Origin: Cyanothece sp. BG0011
Lineage (GTDB): Bacteria; Cyanobacteriota; Cyanobacteriia; Cyanobacteriales; Microcystaceae
Assembly: GCF_003013815.1 (NCBI RefSeq)
Contig: NZ_PRLH01000095.1
Coordinates: 23,943-55,942 of the forward strand
DNA length: 32,000 bases
Direction: 5' to 3'
Each line of letters opens with the position of its first letter. The stretch's first letter is position 1. Under the pieces are notes generated by a model. That model worked only from the letters and a program-made list of their open reading frames with translations, was not told where the DNA came from and searched no databases. This document shows positions 17,595 through 25,686 of the stretch, piece after piece. The translations under genes were made by a program, and so were the position numbers.

Positions 17595-18036
17595 AATTAC
17601 CCCTTAAATAGAAAAAAATACTGATGTTAAGTTGTCAGTGGATAGGTTAAAGTTTATCTTTATCTCAAACAAAAATAATTGACACTTCATTGTCTATAAT
17701 ACTGTCTATCCTTAAGTTAGAAAACAAACCATAGGCAATAGTTACACTCTATCGCTTAACTCAGAATCAGTAGAACCCAACGTTGCTTGTTTGGGCTACC
17801 AGAAAGGGGGGATCGAGGCGTAAAGTATACTATTTTAAAATTTTTTAGAAGAAATAACAACTTAAAACCTTATTTAAGCCTTAATTTCTTATTGATACTT
17901 CTTCATTTATCATTTATCTACTATTTTCTTTTTCCTATGCCCCGATTTCTCCCCCTACCCAGTGCGCCGCGATCGACTGAGGTTATCATTCGGTTATGTT
18001 TGGGTTATGCTATAGTAACCAAGACTTGAAAAATAT

Positions 18037-18046
18037 TTCATATGAA
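18037..18046. promoter_or_regulatory. 10-bp perfect palindrome TTCATATGAA; candidate ArsR/SmtB-type operator
   Basis: Read directly from the sequence. It ends 23 nt upstream of the ArsR-family start codon, and TTCA/TGAA half-sites recall SmtB/ArsR-family operators. An AT-rich palindrome this short could occur by chance. Confidence 0.3.
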
Positions 18047-18069
18047 TAGATTTTGAAAATTTACCAACC

Positions 18070-18363
18070 ATGATGAATGAATCAAAAAGTTGCGCCGATA
18101 AACTCAAAATATTAGCAGATACCACTCGGTTATCTGTTCTGAGAATTCTGATGGAAGGGTCTAAGCACGTGGGCGAAATTAATGATGTTTTAGGATTAGA
18201 ACAGAGTTTACTGTCCCATCATTTAAAAATTTTACGCCAAGCAGGGTTGGTTACAACAACCAGAGATGGTAAATCCGTTCTTTATCATTTTGTGCCAACA
18301 ATTCGACAAAAGGGAGTAACTAACGTCATTGATTTAGGCTGCTGTCTTCTCTCCTTTGAATAA
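18070..18363 (+). CDS. ArsR/SmtB family transcriptional regulator
   Basis: The 97-aa ORF has a winged-helix core: LKILADTTRLSVLRILMEGSKHVGEINDVLGLEQSLLSHHLKILRQAGLVTTTRDGKSVLYHF. The canonical ELCVCDL site is replaced by SKHVGEI. The cysteines are Cys8 and a vicinal Cys91-Cys92 near the C-terminus. Confidence 0.9.
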   Translation: MMNESKSCADKLKILADTTRLSVLRILMEGSKHVGEINDVLGLEQSLLSHHLKILRQAGLVTTTRDGKSVLYHFVPTIRQKGVTNVIDLGCCLLSFE

Positions 18364-18382
18364 GAATCAGAAAAATAATAGA

Positions 18383-19237
18383 ATGAAAAAAATCAAAAAA
18401 ATTCCCTTACTTGGACTGATTTTAACTCTGAGTTTAGGGATACAAAATTGTAGCCAATCTTCCCCAAAAACTAGCCAAACCAGCAATGAATTACAGGGAA
18501 AATTAATCTTAACTGGTTCGAGTACCGTCGCCCCTTTAGCCGCAGAAATAGGAAAACGATTTGAATCAGAGCATCCTGATGTACGAGTGGACGTACAAAC
18601 AGGGGGATCATCCCGTGGCATTGCCGATGCACGCACAGGGGTCGCAAATATTGGCATGGTATCCCGTCGCCTCAAAGAACAAGAAAAAGACCTACAATCA
18701 TTTGCGATCGCTCGTGATGGCATTGGTATTATTGTTAATCAAGATAATTCCGTCAACAGCTTATCCAATCAACAGATTATCGACATTTACACAGGAAAAC
18801 TGAATAATTGGCAACCCATTAATGGCAAAGATGCACCGATTACAGTGGTTAATAAAGCAGAAGGACGATCTACCTTAGAACTATTTCTAGAATACTTTCA
18901 ACTTGATAATAAAGACATTAACCCATCGGTGGTCATCGGCGATAATCAACAGGGGATTAAAACAGTAGCCGGCAACCCAAACGCCATGGGTTATGTCTCC
19001 ATTGGGACGGCTGAATATAGTATCAATAATGGGGTTCCCATCAAATTATTACCCCTTAATGGGGTGGCAGCCACCACAGAGAATATACAAAATGAAACCT
19101 TTCCTTTATCTCGTCCTTTAAACCTAGTCACCACAACCCAACCGAAAAGATTAGATCAAGCATTTATCGAGTTTGCCCAATCATCTCAAGTTCATGATAT
19201 TGTTCAACAACAAGATTTTGTCCCCGTCTCAAAATGA
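18383..19237 (+). CDS. pstS: Phosphate ABC transporter substrate-binding protein (PstS family)
   Basis: It has a signal peptide with a Cys (MKKIKKIPLLGLILTLSLGIQNC). PstS-family motifs are present: LTGSSTVAPLA, QTGGSSRGIADA, GMVSRRLK and RDGIGIIVN. The track starts at a TTG (18356), so I prefer the ATG at 18383. Confidence 0.9.
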   Translation: MKKIKKIPLLGLILTLSLGIQNCSQSSPKTSQTSNELQGKLILTGSSTVAPLAAEIGKRFESEHPDVRVDVQTGGSSRGIADARTGVANIGMVSRRLKEQEKDLQSFAIARDGIGIIVNQDNSVNSLSNQQIIDIYTGKLNNWQPINGKDAPITVVNKAEGRSTLELFLEYFQLDNKDINPSVVIGDNQQGIKTVAGNPNAMGYVSIGTAEYSINNGVPIKLLPLNGVAATTENIQNETFPLSRPLNLVTTTQPKRLDQAFIEFAQSSQVHDIVQQQDFVPVSK

Positions 19238-20072
19238 TATCGTTTTTCTGTGGATTTTAAGATTATTAGCCTTAATCACAGGGATGATTGTCATTTTAAT
19301 TACTAGCTTCTTATTGCTCGAAGCATTACCCCTGCTACAACAAGTCGGATGGTTAAGGTTTGTCAGAGATCAAGCTTGGCACCCCGTTCAAGGACTCTAT
19401 AATTTAATGCCGATGTTGTGGGGAACCCTGTTAGTCACCTTGGGTTCTGTGCTGTTGGCCACCCCTTTAGGCATCGGTTCAGCCCTATTTTGTCAATATT
19501 ATGCCCCTCCATTCATAGGGAAAGGATATCGAGCCTTAATCGAGTTATTAGCCGGTATTCCCTCGGTGGTTTATGGGTTTTGGGGTTTAGTGGTGCTGGT
19601 GCCACTGATTGGCAAATGGCAACCCCCCGGCACTAGCTTATTAGCAGGAATTATTATTTTGACATTAATGATTTTGCCTACCATCGCCTTGACAGCAGAA
19701 GCCAGTTTTGCTGAAGTGCCGACAGAATATGTGCAAGGGGCGGCGGCTTTGGGACTTTCTCACTGGGCAACCATCCGAGGGGTTATTATACCGGCTGCCC
19801 AATCGGGTTTAGTGACAGGTTTAATTTTAGCAACAGGACGAGCAATAGGAGAAACCATGGCCGTGTTGATGGTGTGTGGCAATGTGGTACAAACCCCTAA
19901 GAGCTTATTTGACCCTGTTCGCACTTTGACGGCCAATATTGCCTTAGAGATGGCTTATGCCCTGGGAAATCATCGCTCAGCCTTGTTTGTTACTGGTTTA
20001 TTACTGATGATGCTGATTACTTTATTAATAGGGATTGCTGAAGGGATGAGTTGGAGCAAAGATTATGGGTAA
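19173..20072 (+). CDS. pstC: Phosphate ABC transporter permease PstC
   Basis: The protein has six TM segments and a permease EAA-type loop (EVPTEYVQGAAALGLSHWATIRGVIIPAA), with PstC-like motifs (ELLAGIPSVVYGFWGL, GRAIGETMAV). The start is uncertain: ATG 19173, ATG 19194 and TTG 19218 are all in frame and all overlap the pstS 3' end. Confidence 0.88.
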   Translation: MPNHLKFMILFNNKILSPSQNDIVFLWILRLLALITGMIVILITSFLLLEALPLLQQVGWLRFVRDQAWHPVQGLYNLMPMLWGTLLVTLGSVLLATPLGIGSALFCQYYAPPFIGKGYRALIELLAGIPSVVYGFWGLVVLVPLIGKWQPPGTSLLAGIIILTLMILPTIALTAEASFAEVPTEYVQGAAALGLSHWATIRGVIIPAAQSGLVTGLILATGRAIGETMAVLMVCGNVVQTPKSLFDPVRTLTANIALEMAYALGNHRSALFVTGLLLMMLITLLIGIAEGMSWSKDYG

Positions 20073-20157
20073 ACTCACATCTTGCACCAGCATAAATAAA
20101 CTCAATAGAAAAACAAAAACAATGAATTCTAAGACAGTTAGAGTCAAAATAAACCTT

Positions 20158-20178
20158 TACACCCTACACCCTACACCC
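20158..20178. repeat. Tandem heptamer (TACACCC)x3
   Basis: Read directly from the sequence. It lies inside the 133-nt pstC-pstA spacer and contains CACCCTAC, the reverse complement of the GTAGGGTG core of the hairpin repeat family. Confidence 0.75.
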
Positions 20179-20205
20179 TTTCACTACTAGCCAATTTAAA
20201 ACAAG

Positions 20206-21060
20206 ATGCAAGATATGAGTAAACCTGCCAATCTTCAAATCAATTTACCCAGTCTTGTGGTTTGGGCGATCGCTTTGTTGATAACTGGGGCATTTGGTTG
20301 GATTTTAGGGGATATTCTTTGGCATGGAATCGGACAACTCTCTTGGGAATTTTTAACAACCGAACCTCGAAATGCAGGACGGGAGGGAGGGATTGCCCCG
20401 ATTCTGGTGTCTACGGCCTTAATCTTAGGGGTTTGCCTAGTCGTAGCCCTTCCCCTGGGGGTTGGTACGGCCATGTTCTTAGCTGAATTTACCCAGACTG
20501 AAAATCGCTTTGGCCGTTTAGTGGGTCGCAGTTTAGATATTTTAGCCGGAGTCCCCTCGATCGTGTTTGGTTTGTTTGGTAATGCTTTTTTTGCCATTCA
20601 ACTGGGATTAGGGTTTTCCATTTTGTCTGGGGGTTTGACCTTAGCTTGTATGGTATTACCCATTCTCATTCGCTCCACAGAAGCAGGATTTCGGGCGGTT
20701 CCCACTGACTATCGATTAGGGGCGGCAGCTTTGGGATTATCTCGAACCACGACTCTATGGAAATTATTATTACCGGCAGCGACACCAGGGTTAATGGTGG
20801 GTTTAGTGTTGGGCATTGGTCGAGCGATCGCAGAGACAGCGGCCTTGATTTTTACCAGTGGTTATGTAGATAGGATGCCAGGGTCATTATTGGATTCGGG
20901 GCGATCGCTTTCGATTCATATTTTTGATTTATCTATGAATGTGCCAGGGGGAGATGGGAATGCCTATGCTTCTGCGTTGGTGTTATTGATTTTATTGTTG
21001 CTGATCAATGGTACAGCTACCTGGATCGCACAATTTTGGTTAGCCAGGAGGTTTATATGA
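20206..21060 (+). CDS. pstA: Phosphate ABC transporter permease PstA
   Basis: The 284-aa polytopic ORF has the PstA pattern: W.FLTTEPRNAGREGGI, LAGVPSIVFGLFG, the EAA loop AVPTDYRLGAAALGLSRTTTLWKLLLPAA, and GRAIAETAAL. Confidence 0.9.
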   Translation: MQDMSKPANLQINLPSLVVWAIALLITGAFGWILGDILWHGIGQLSWEFLTTEPRNAGREGGIAPILVSTALILGVCLVVALPLGVGTAMFLAEFTQTENRFGRLVGRSLDILAGVPSIVFGLFGNAFFAIQLGLGFSILSGGLTLACMVLPILIRSTEAGFRAVPTDYRLGAAALGLSRTTTLWKLLLPAATPGLMVGLVLGIGRAIAETAALIFTSGYVDRMPGSLLDSGRSLSIHIFDLSMNVPGGDGNAYASALVLLILLLLINGTATWIAQFWLARRFI

Positions 21061-21842
21061 GAGAAAATCGGCCATCTTTACCTTCAATGCAAACAGAGCA
21101 ACTGAGCTTATCTTACGGTAACAAAGTCGCTTTTACGGACATCACCTTGCCCATTGAAGCCGGAAAAATTACTGCTTTGGTAGGGCCGTCTGGCTGTGGA
21201 AAGAGTAGTTTTTTGAGTTGTTTAAATCGTCTCACTGATTTGATCCCCAATACTAAAGTGTCGGGGAGCATTCGCTTAGATTCCCTAGAAATTTTAGATA
21301 ATACCCTAGATTTAATCGCCCTACGACGGCGAGTCGGGACGATTTTTCAAAAACCCAATCCGTTTCCCTTTTCCATTTGGAAAAATTTAGCCTTTCCGTT
21401 ACAAGAACACGGCATCAAAAACCGTGAGCAACTCGATAGCATCATTGAAACCACCCTGAAAGAGGTGGGACTGTGGAACGAAGTCAAAGATCGACTTAAA
21501 ACCTCTGCCTTATCCTTATCTGGGGGACAAAAGCAACGGTTGTGTATGGCTCGTGCTTTGGTGTTGCAACCGGAAGTCTTACTATTAGATGAACCTTGTA
21601 GCGCACTCGATCCCATTGCCAGTGGGGTGGTAGAGGATTTAATTGCCAGTTTGCGAGGGCATTATACGGTGGTGATTGTCACCCATAACCTAGCACAAGC
21701 CAGACGAATGGGTGACTATGCTGCTCTGTTTTGGGTACAAGAAGCAGTCGGTCAACTCATTGAGTATGGAACCATCGAACAAATTTTCTTAGATCCTCGA
21801 CACCCTTTAACCACTGCCTATGTGAATGGGGTTCGAGGGTAG
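21057..21842 (+). CDS. pstB: Phosphate ABC transporter ATP-binding protein PstB
   Basis: Walker A is GPSGCGKSS, the signature is LSGGQKQRLCMARA, Walker B is LLLDEPCSALDP and the H-loop is VTHN. An AGGAGG at 21046-21051 sits 5 nt before the ATG at 21057. That ATG overlaps the pstA TGA as ATGA. The track's upstream start (21036) is unlikely. Confidence 0.92.
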   Translation: MRENRPSLPSMQTEQLSLSYGNKVAFTDITLPIEAGKITALVGPSGCGKSSFLSCLNRLTDLIPNTKVSGSIRLDSLEILDNTLDLIALRRRVGTIFQKPNPFPFSIWKNLAFPLQEHGIKNREQLDSIIETTLKEVGLWNEVKDRLKTSALSLSGGQKQRLCMARALVLQPEVLLLDEPCSALDPIASGVVEDLIASLRGHYTVVIVTHNLAQARRMGDYAALFWVQEAVGQLIEYGTIEQIFLDPRHPLTTAYVNGVRG

Positions 21843-21907
21843 TCAAGAAACTAAATGTCTGTCAATGACATCTTTACTACTATAGCTAAAGTCTAAGTTA
21901 TATTCCT

Positions 21908-22987
21908 ATGGGTAACTATCATTCTGATCAACCGATTCAACCTGAGTTTGAGCCACACTTAGGGGATATCGACCCCCGCACCACAGAAACCCTTAACCCT
22001 GACATTGTTATCGACTCAAACCAAAATGAAACCGAAGAATCATCAGAAATTGCAGAAATTTCTATTGTCGAAGAAGCTGATCTTCCTTTGACCCATGACT
22101 GGTTTAACTTGGCTCGTAAATTACGGGGACAAAATCGAGAACTCCTCGATACCATTGTCACCCTAGAACAAGCTTTGGCTGAGTCACGACAACAACTGCA
22201 AGACTATCAAGAGCGATCGCGTCATCATAACGCTTTGCTATCCCAGCAAACCGCCCAACTTCAAAGCACCCAAGCCGAAAATAGTCATCTCCTCGAACAA
22301 CTACAAACCTCTCAAACTTGTCTACAACAACAGCAACTGAACCTAGACGCACTACAACAACAATTACAAGCCTCTCAAGAAGCCTTCGCTCAGTTAGAAC
22401 GAGAATGTGCCTTACTCAAAGAGGAAACCCTACAAAATAAACATCAGTTAGTTCTCAAAGAAAGACACATTAACGAGTTACAGCAACGCCTACAACGACA
22501 ACAACGCTACAGTTTACAGTACAAAGCCGCCTTAGATGAATGTTTGAGTAGTCATGGAAAAAAACGACCATCAGCCCAAGTTAACTCTACGGTTGAGCGT
22601 CCAACGGCTCCTAATGTGGTTTCTATTCAACCTTGGTCTGATTCTCCAGACAAGAAAATAGTGCCTAGTCTTACCCCTTCTTCTGTGGCATCAGAAGCCT
22701 CAAAACCGACCTCTGATGCCATTGATGACACTTTAGAAGAGTTATTTTCCCTCACCCCTGAACCCAAACCAGAGCCGACTCCGACGGATGAGCAAACCAT
22801 AACCGAGGAACCCACTCCCATGGATAGCCAAGAAAATAGTAGCCTTGAGGATCAGACGGCTACTTCTTCAAAGGGTTTATTAATGAGTAGTTCGGTGCCT
22901 TTTAGTTTCAGTATTGACCGTCATCGTAAAGAAGATGCTGCTAGGGAAAAGGTGGATTTACCTTCTTTTCTTCGTCGTCAATCTTAA
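21908..22987 (+). CDS. Q-rich coiled-coil protein with an acidic N-terminus, a P/T/E/S-rich linker and a C-terminal DLPSFLRR peptide
   Basis: The 359-aa ORF has about 150 aa of heptad-like Q/L/E sequence (LEQALAESRQQLQDYQERS...LQQQLQASQEAFAQLERECALLKEE). This is followed by a low-complexity linker and the terminal sequence KVDLPSFLRRQS. Confidence 0.7.
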   Translation: MGNYHSDQPIQPEFEPHLGDIDPRTTETLNPDIVIDSNQNETEESSEIAEISIVEEADLPLTHDWFNLARKLRGQNRELLDTIVTLEQALAESRQQLQDYQERSRHHNALLSQQTAQLQSTQAENSHLLEQLQTSQTCLQQQQLNLDALQQQLQASQEAFAQLERECALLKEETLQNKHQLVLKERHINELQQRLQRQQRYSLQYKAALDECLSSHGKKRPSAQVNSTVERPTAPNVVSIQPWSDSPDKKIVPSLTPSSVASEASKPTSDAIDDTLEELFSLTPEPKPEPTPTDEQTITEEPTPMDSQENSSLEDQTATSSKGLLMSSSVPFSFSIDRHRKEDAAREKVDLPSFLRRQS

Positions 22988-22992
22988 AGCGG

Positions 22993-24144
22993 TTAATTGC
23001 CTAAGACTTGAGCGGCCGCAGCCATTCCTGCCCCAGATTTCGCCCCTTGATCCCCTAACCTTTCTAAGGTGGCTTCTAAGGCAGCGATCGCCGTTAAAAC
23101 GTCTCGCTCGCTGACAAATCCTAAATGACCAATGCGGAAGATTTTCCCTTTGAGGTGATCTTGTCCCCCGGCTAAAGCAATATCAAATTGTTTTCTCATG
23201 GTGGACCGAATGGCCTCGGCTTCAACGGTAGAGGGCATCACCGCCGTTACTGCATGGCTGGCTGCGTCATCGGGGGCAAATAAACCTAATCCTAACCCTC
23301 TGGCTGCTGCACGGGTGGCCTGGGTTAACCGTTGATGACGGGTAAACATAGCCTCTAACCCTTCAGCTTTCATCATTTCTAAGGCCACTTTTAACCCGAA
23401 CATCAGATTAATGGGAGGGGTAAAGGGTGAACTGTTTTTATCTGTGGCTTTTTTGTAAGTGCCTAAATCTAAATAAAACTTAGGTAAGGTTGCTGTTTCG
23501 TAGGCTTTCCACGCTTTGGGGCTAACGGCTACAAATCCTAACCCTGGCGGAATCATATAGCCTTTTTGGGAGCCAGAGGCCACCATATCCAGTCCCCATT
23601 CATCTACTGGTACACTGACGGCCCCTAAACTGGTTACGGCATCCACCATGATTAAGGCTTCCCCGTGGGCTTTGACATGGGTGTTAATGGTTTGTAGGTC
23701 GTTGAGAACCCCGGTCGAGGTTTCAGAATGGGTGATAATGACGGCTTTGATGGTTTTTTCGGTATCCGCTTCTAATTTTGCTTTAAAGGCTTCGGGATCA
23801 AGGGCTTTACCCCATTCTGCGGTGATTTCTTCCACTTCTAATCCGAAGGCGCGAGCAATTTTTCCCCAACGTTCCCCGAATTTTCCGTTGTTACCCACTA
23901 AAACGCGATCGCCGGCACTCAAGAAATTAATAATTCCTGCTTCCATGGCCCCGGTGCCACTAGCGGTTAACATCAGTACATCGTTTTGGGTTTGATGCAG
24001 CCATTTGAGGTTTTCGGTAATTTCCCCGATAATTTGGCTAAAGTCCCCACTACGATGGCCGATCGGGTGTTTGGCCATGGCTAATAGGACACTTTCAGGG
24101 ACAGGGGTTGGCCCTGGAATCATGAGCATATGTTTATCTTGCAT
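22993..24144 (-). CDS. PLP-dependent class V aminotransferase (alanine-glyoxylate / serine-pyruvate aminotransferase family)
   Basis: The 383-aa ORF has the N-terminal LMIPGPTPVPESVL pattern, ASGTGAMEAG, THSETSTGV and the PLP-lysine context SGSQKGYMIPPGLGF. This family was historically annotated in cyanobacteria as the soluble hydrogenase small subunit. Confidence 0.9.
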   Translation of the reverse strand: MQDKHMLMIPGPTPVPESVLLAMAKHPIGHRSGDFSQIIGEITENLKWLHQTQNDVLMLTASGTGAMEAGIINFLSAGDRVLVGNNGKFGERWGKIARAFGLEVEEITAEWGKALDPEAFKAKLEADTEKTIKAVIITHSETSTGVLNDLQTINTHVKAHGEALIMVDAVTSLGAVSVPVDEWGLDMVASGSQKGYMIPPGLGFVAVSPKAWKAYETATLPKFYLDLGTYKKATDKNSSPFTPPINLMFGLKVALEMMKAEGLEAMFTRHQRLTQATRAAARGLGLGLFAPDDAASHAVTAVMPSTVEAEAIRSTMRKQFDIALAGGQDHLKGKIFRIGHLGFVSERDVLTAIAALEATLERLGDQGAKSGAGMAAAAQVLGN

Positions 24145-24387
24145 TACTGTTTGTCTCCTGCTTGTTTTTCTAAATCAATTATCCCCTGTAGAATCGACAT
24201 GAGGATAGTGGCTTCACAGGGAGTCCAACCTATCAGTTTACCCTGTCCCTTTCCAGACTAAAAAAATCCTTGTCTGTTATGGCTTTTTTTAAGCTTTAAT
24301 TCAGATTTTATCTATAGTAATGTTATATTGAGTCTTGGCCTTTTAATGTCTTTTCGTACGGCTCAAAGAAAAAATTCGGAACGCGTA

Positions 24388-25041
24388 ATGGAAATCAAAT
24401 TTAATTCAGGACAAGTCAGTTTAATAACCATCACTCCCAATGCTGAAAAATTAATCGCTTATTGTGCTAGAGTTAGCAGTAAAAATCAAGAGAATCCTAA
24501 GATAGAAAAATTACTAAGATATTGTCTTAAACATGGTCATTGGTCAATTTTTGAACAAGCATCTATGACGGTGGAAATACAATGTCCTCTTGCGATTGCT
24601 ATTCAAATTTTAAGACACCGATCGTTCTGTTTCCAACAATTTAGTAAGAGATATCAAGAAGTAGAAAAAGATAATTTTGCTTATTTACCAGAAATCAGAT
24701 TACAAGATTATAAAAATAGACAAAACAGTATTATTCCTGACAATGATGAGTTACAGAACAAATACAACGAAAAAATTAGCAAGTTATATGATGACATTTT
24801 TAACCTTTATAAAGAAATGATTGAGGATGGTGTAGCCAAAGAATGCGCCCGTTTTGTGTTACCTGAATCAGTGATGACTAAACTGTATATGACGGGTAAT
24901 ATTCGCAGTTTTATTCATTATCTTCAAGTTCGGACTTCCAATGATGCACAAAAAGAACATAGAGAGGTTGCTAATGCTGTGGGTGAAATCTTAAAAAAAG
25001 AATGTCCGATTATTTGGAATGCTGCTTTTGAGGGAGTTTAA
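24388..25041 (+). CDS. thyX: Flavin-dependent thymidylate synthase ThyX
   Basis: The ThyX signature RHRX7S is present as RHRSFCFQQFSKRY (nt 24613-24654), and the C-terminal region has the pattern RSFIHYLQVRT. The track starts at a TTG (24328). The ATG at 24388 (MEIKFNSG) is the more plausible start. Confidence 0.9.
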   Translation: MEIKFNSGQVSLITITPNAEKLIAYCARVSSKNQENPKIEKLLRYCLKHGHWSIFEQASMTVEIQCPLAIAIQILRHRSFCFQQFSKRYQEVEKDNFAYLPEIRLQDYKNRQNSIIPDNDELQNKYNEKISKLYDDIFNLYKEMIEDGVAKECARFVLPESVMTKLYMTGNIRSFIHYLQVRTSNDAQKEHREVANAVGEILKKECPIIWNAAFEGV

Positions 25042-25077
25042 GAAACTGTTCCTAAAGAAACCATAACAATAAACTTT

Positions 25078-25142
25078 GTAGGGTGGGCAAGGTTTTCAAG
25101 GATGAAGTTAGTTTAGAAAAGTTTTTGACTTGCCCATCCTAC
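25078..25142. repeat. Small hairpin-type dispersed repeat with 14-bp arms (GTAGGGTGGGCAAG / CTTGCCCATCCTAC) and a 37-nt loop
   Basis: The inverted repeat has one G-T mismatch. It belongs to the same family, with the same loop length, as 3062-3124. It lies between thyX and dut. Confidence 0.7.
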
Positions 25143-25188
25143 CATCTACCGTCTTAAAATTCTATTTATCAACAGTCTCTAAACAATC

Positions 25189-25617
25189 ATGAAATTAAAA
25201 ATAAAACGATTAAACGAGAATGCGATTCTACCCAACTATGCTCATTCTGATGATTCAGGAATGGACTTATTTTCGATTGAAGAAATAGCCATAAAACCAG
25301 GAACCCAAGAACTGATTAAAACGGGAATAGCTATAGAATTACCCGAAAATACAGAGGCACAAATTAGGCCCAGAAGTGGATTAGCTTTAAAACATGGTAT
25401 TACGGTATTAAATACACCTGGAACCATCGATCAAGGCTATCGCGGAGAAATTGGTGTTATTTTAATTAATCATAGTAACCTCACCTTTTTTATTGAAACA
25501 GGGATGAAAATTGCTCAATTAATTATTATGCCGGTTATTCGATGCGAAATTGAAGAAGTCCAAGAATTATCAATAACTCAAAGAAATGAAGGGGGTTTTG
25601 GTTCAACAGGTGTTTGA
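25189..25617 (+). CDS. dut: dUTP diphosphatase (trimeric dUTPase)
   Basis: The 142-aa ORF has dUTPase motifs: [37 protein letters not shown] and the C-terminal [10 protein letters not shown]. Confidence 0.93.
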   Translation: MKLKIKRLNENAILPNYAHSDDSGMDLFSIEEIAIKPGTQELIKTGIAIELPENTEAQIRPRSGLALKHGITVLNTPGTIDQGYRGEIGVILINHSNLTFFIETGMKIAQLIIMPVIRCEIEEVQELSITQRNEGGFGSTGV

Positions 25618-25631
25618 TTTTTTAGGCAGTA

Positions 25632-25676
25632 GGAAACGAGGAATTAATAATTAACTATTGCCCATTCCCCGTTCCC
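25632..25676. terminator. Candidate bidirectional terminator hairpin between the convergent dut and C-methyltransferase genes
   Basis: GGAAACGAGGAAT (25632-25644) can pair with ATTCCCCGTTCCC (25664-25676) at 11 of 13 positions, with a 19-nt loop. There is no clear U-tract, and the right arm is part of the GGGAAC heptamer repeat. Confidence 0.3.
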
Positions 25677-25686
25677 TGTTCCCTCT

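Noticed and set aside
17679-17700. TTGACA (17679-17684) and TATAAT (17695-17700) hexamers that look like a perfect sigma-70 promoter
   Set aside because: The spacer is only 10 nt, whereas a functional promoter needs about 17. They cannot work as a -35/-10 pair. The TATAAT alone might still be a -10 element, but I cannot support that.
17787-18029. 80-aa ORF in the 475-nt spacer upstream of the ArsR gene
   Set aside because: It lies in AT-rich low-complexity sequence (LLILLHLSFIYYFLF) with an unconvincing start and no RBS. The region is more plausibly regulatory. I also looked here for tRNA-like or riboswitch-like structure and saw none.
21855-21871. Small palindrome ATGTC-N7-GACAT (inner TGTCA-A-TGACA) after pstB as a terminator
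   Set aside because: The stem is only 5 bp, AT-rich and has no U-tract, so it is too weak to call.
24328-25617. thyX-dut as a prophage or mobile-island remnant
   Set aside because: No integrase, transposase, tRNA attachment site, direct-repeat boundaries or phage structural genes are nearby. Only AT-richness supports the idea, so it is kept as a low-interest note.
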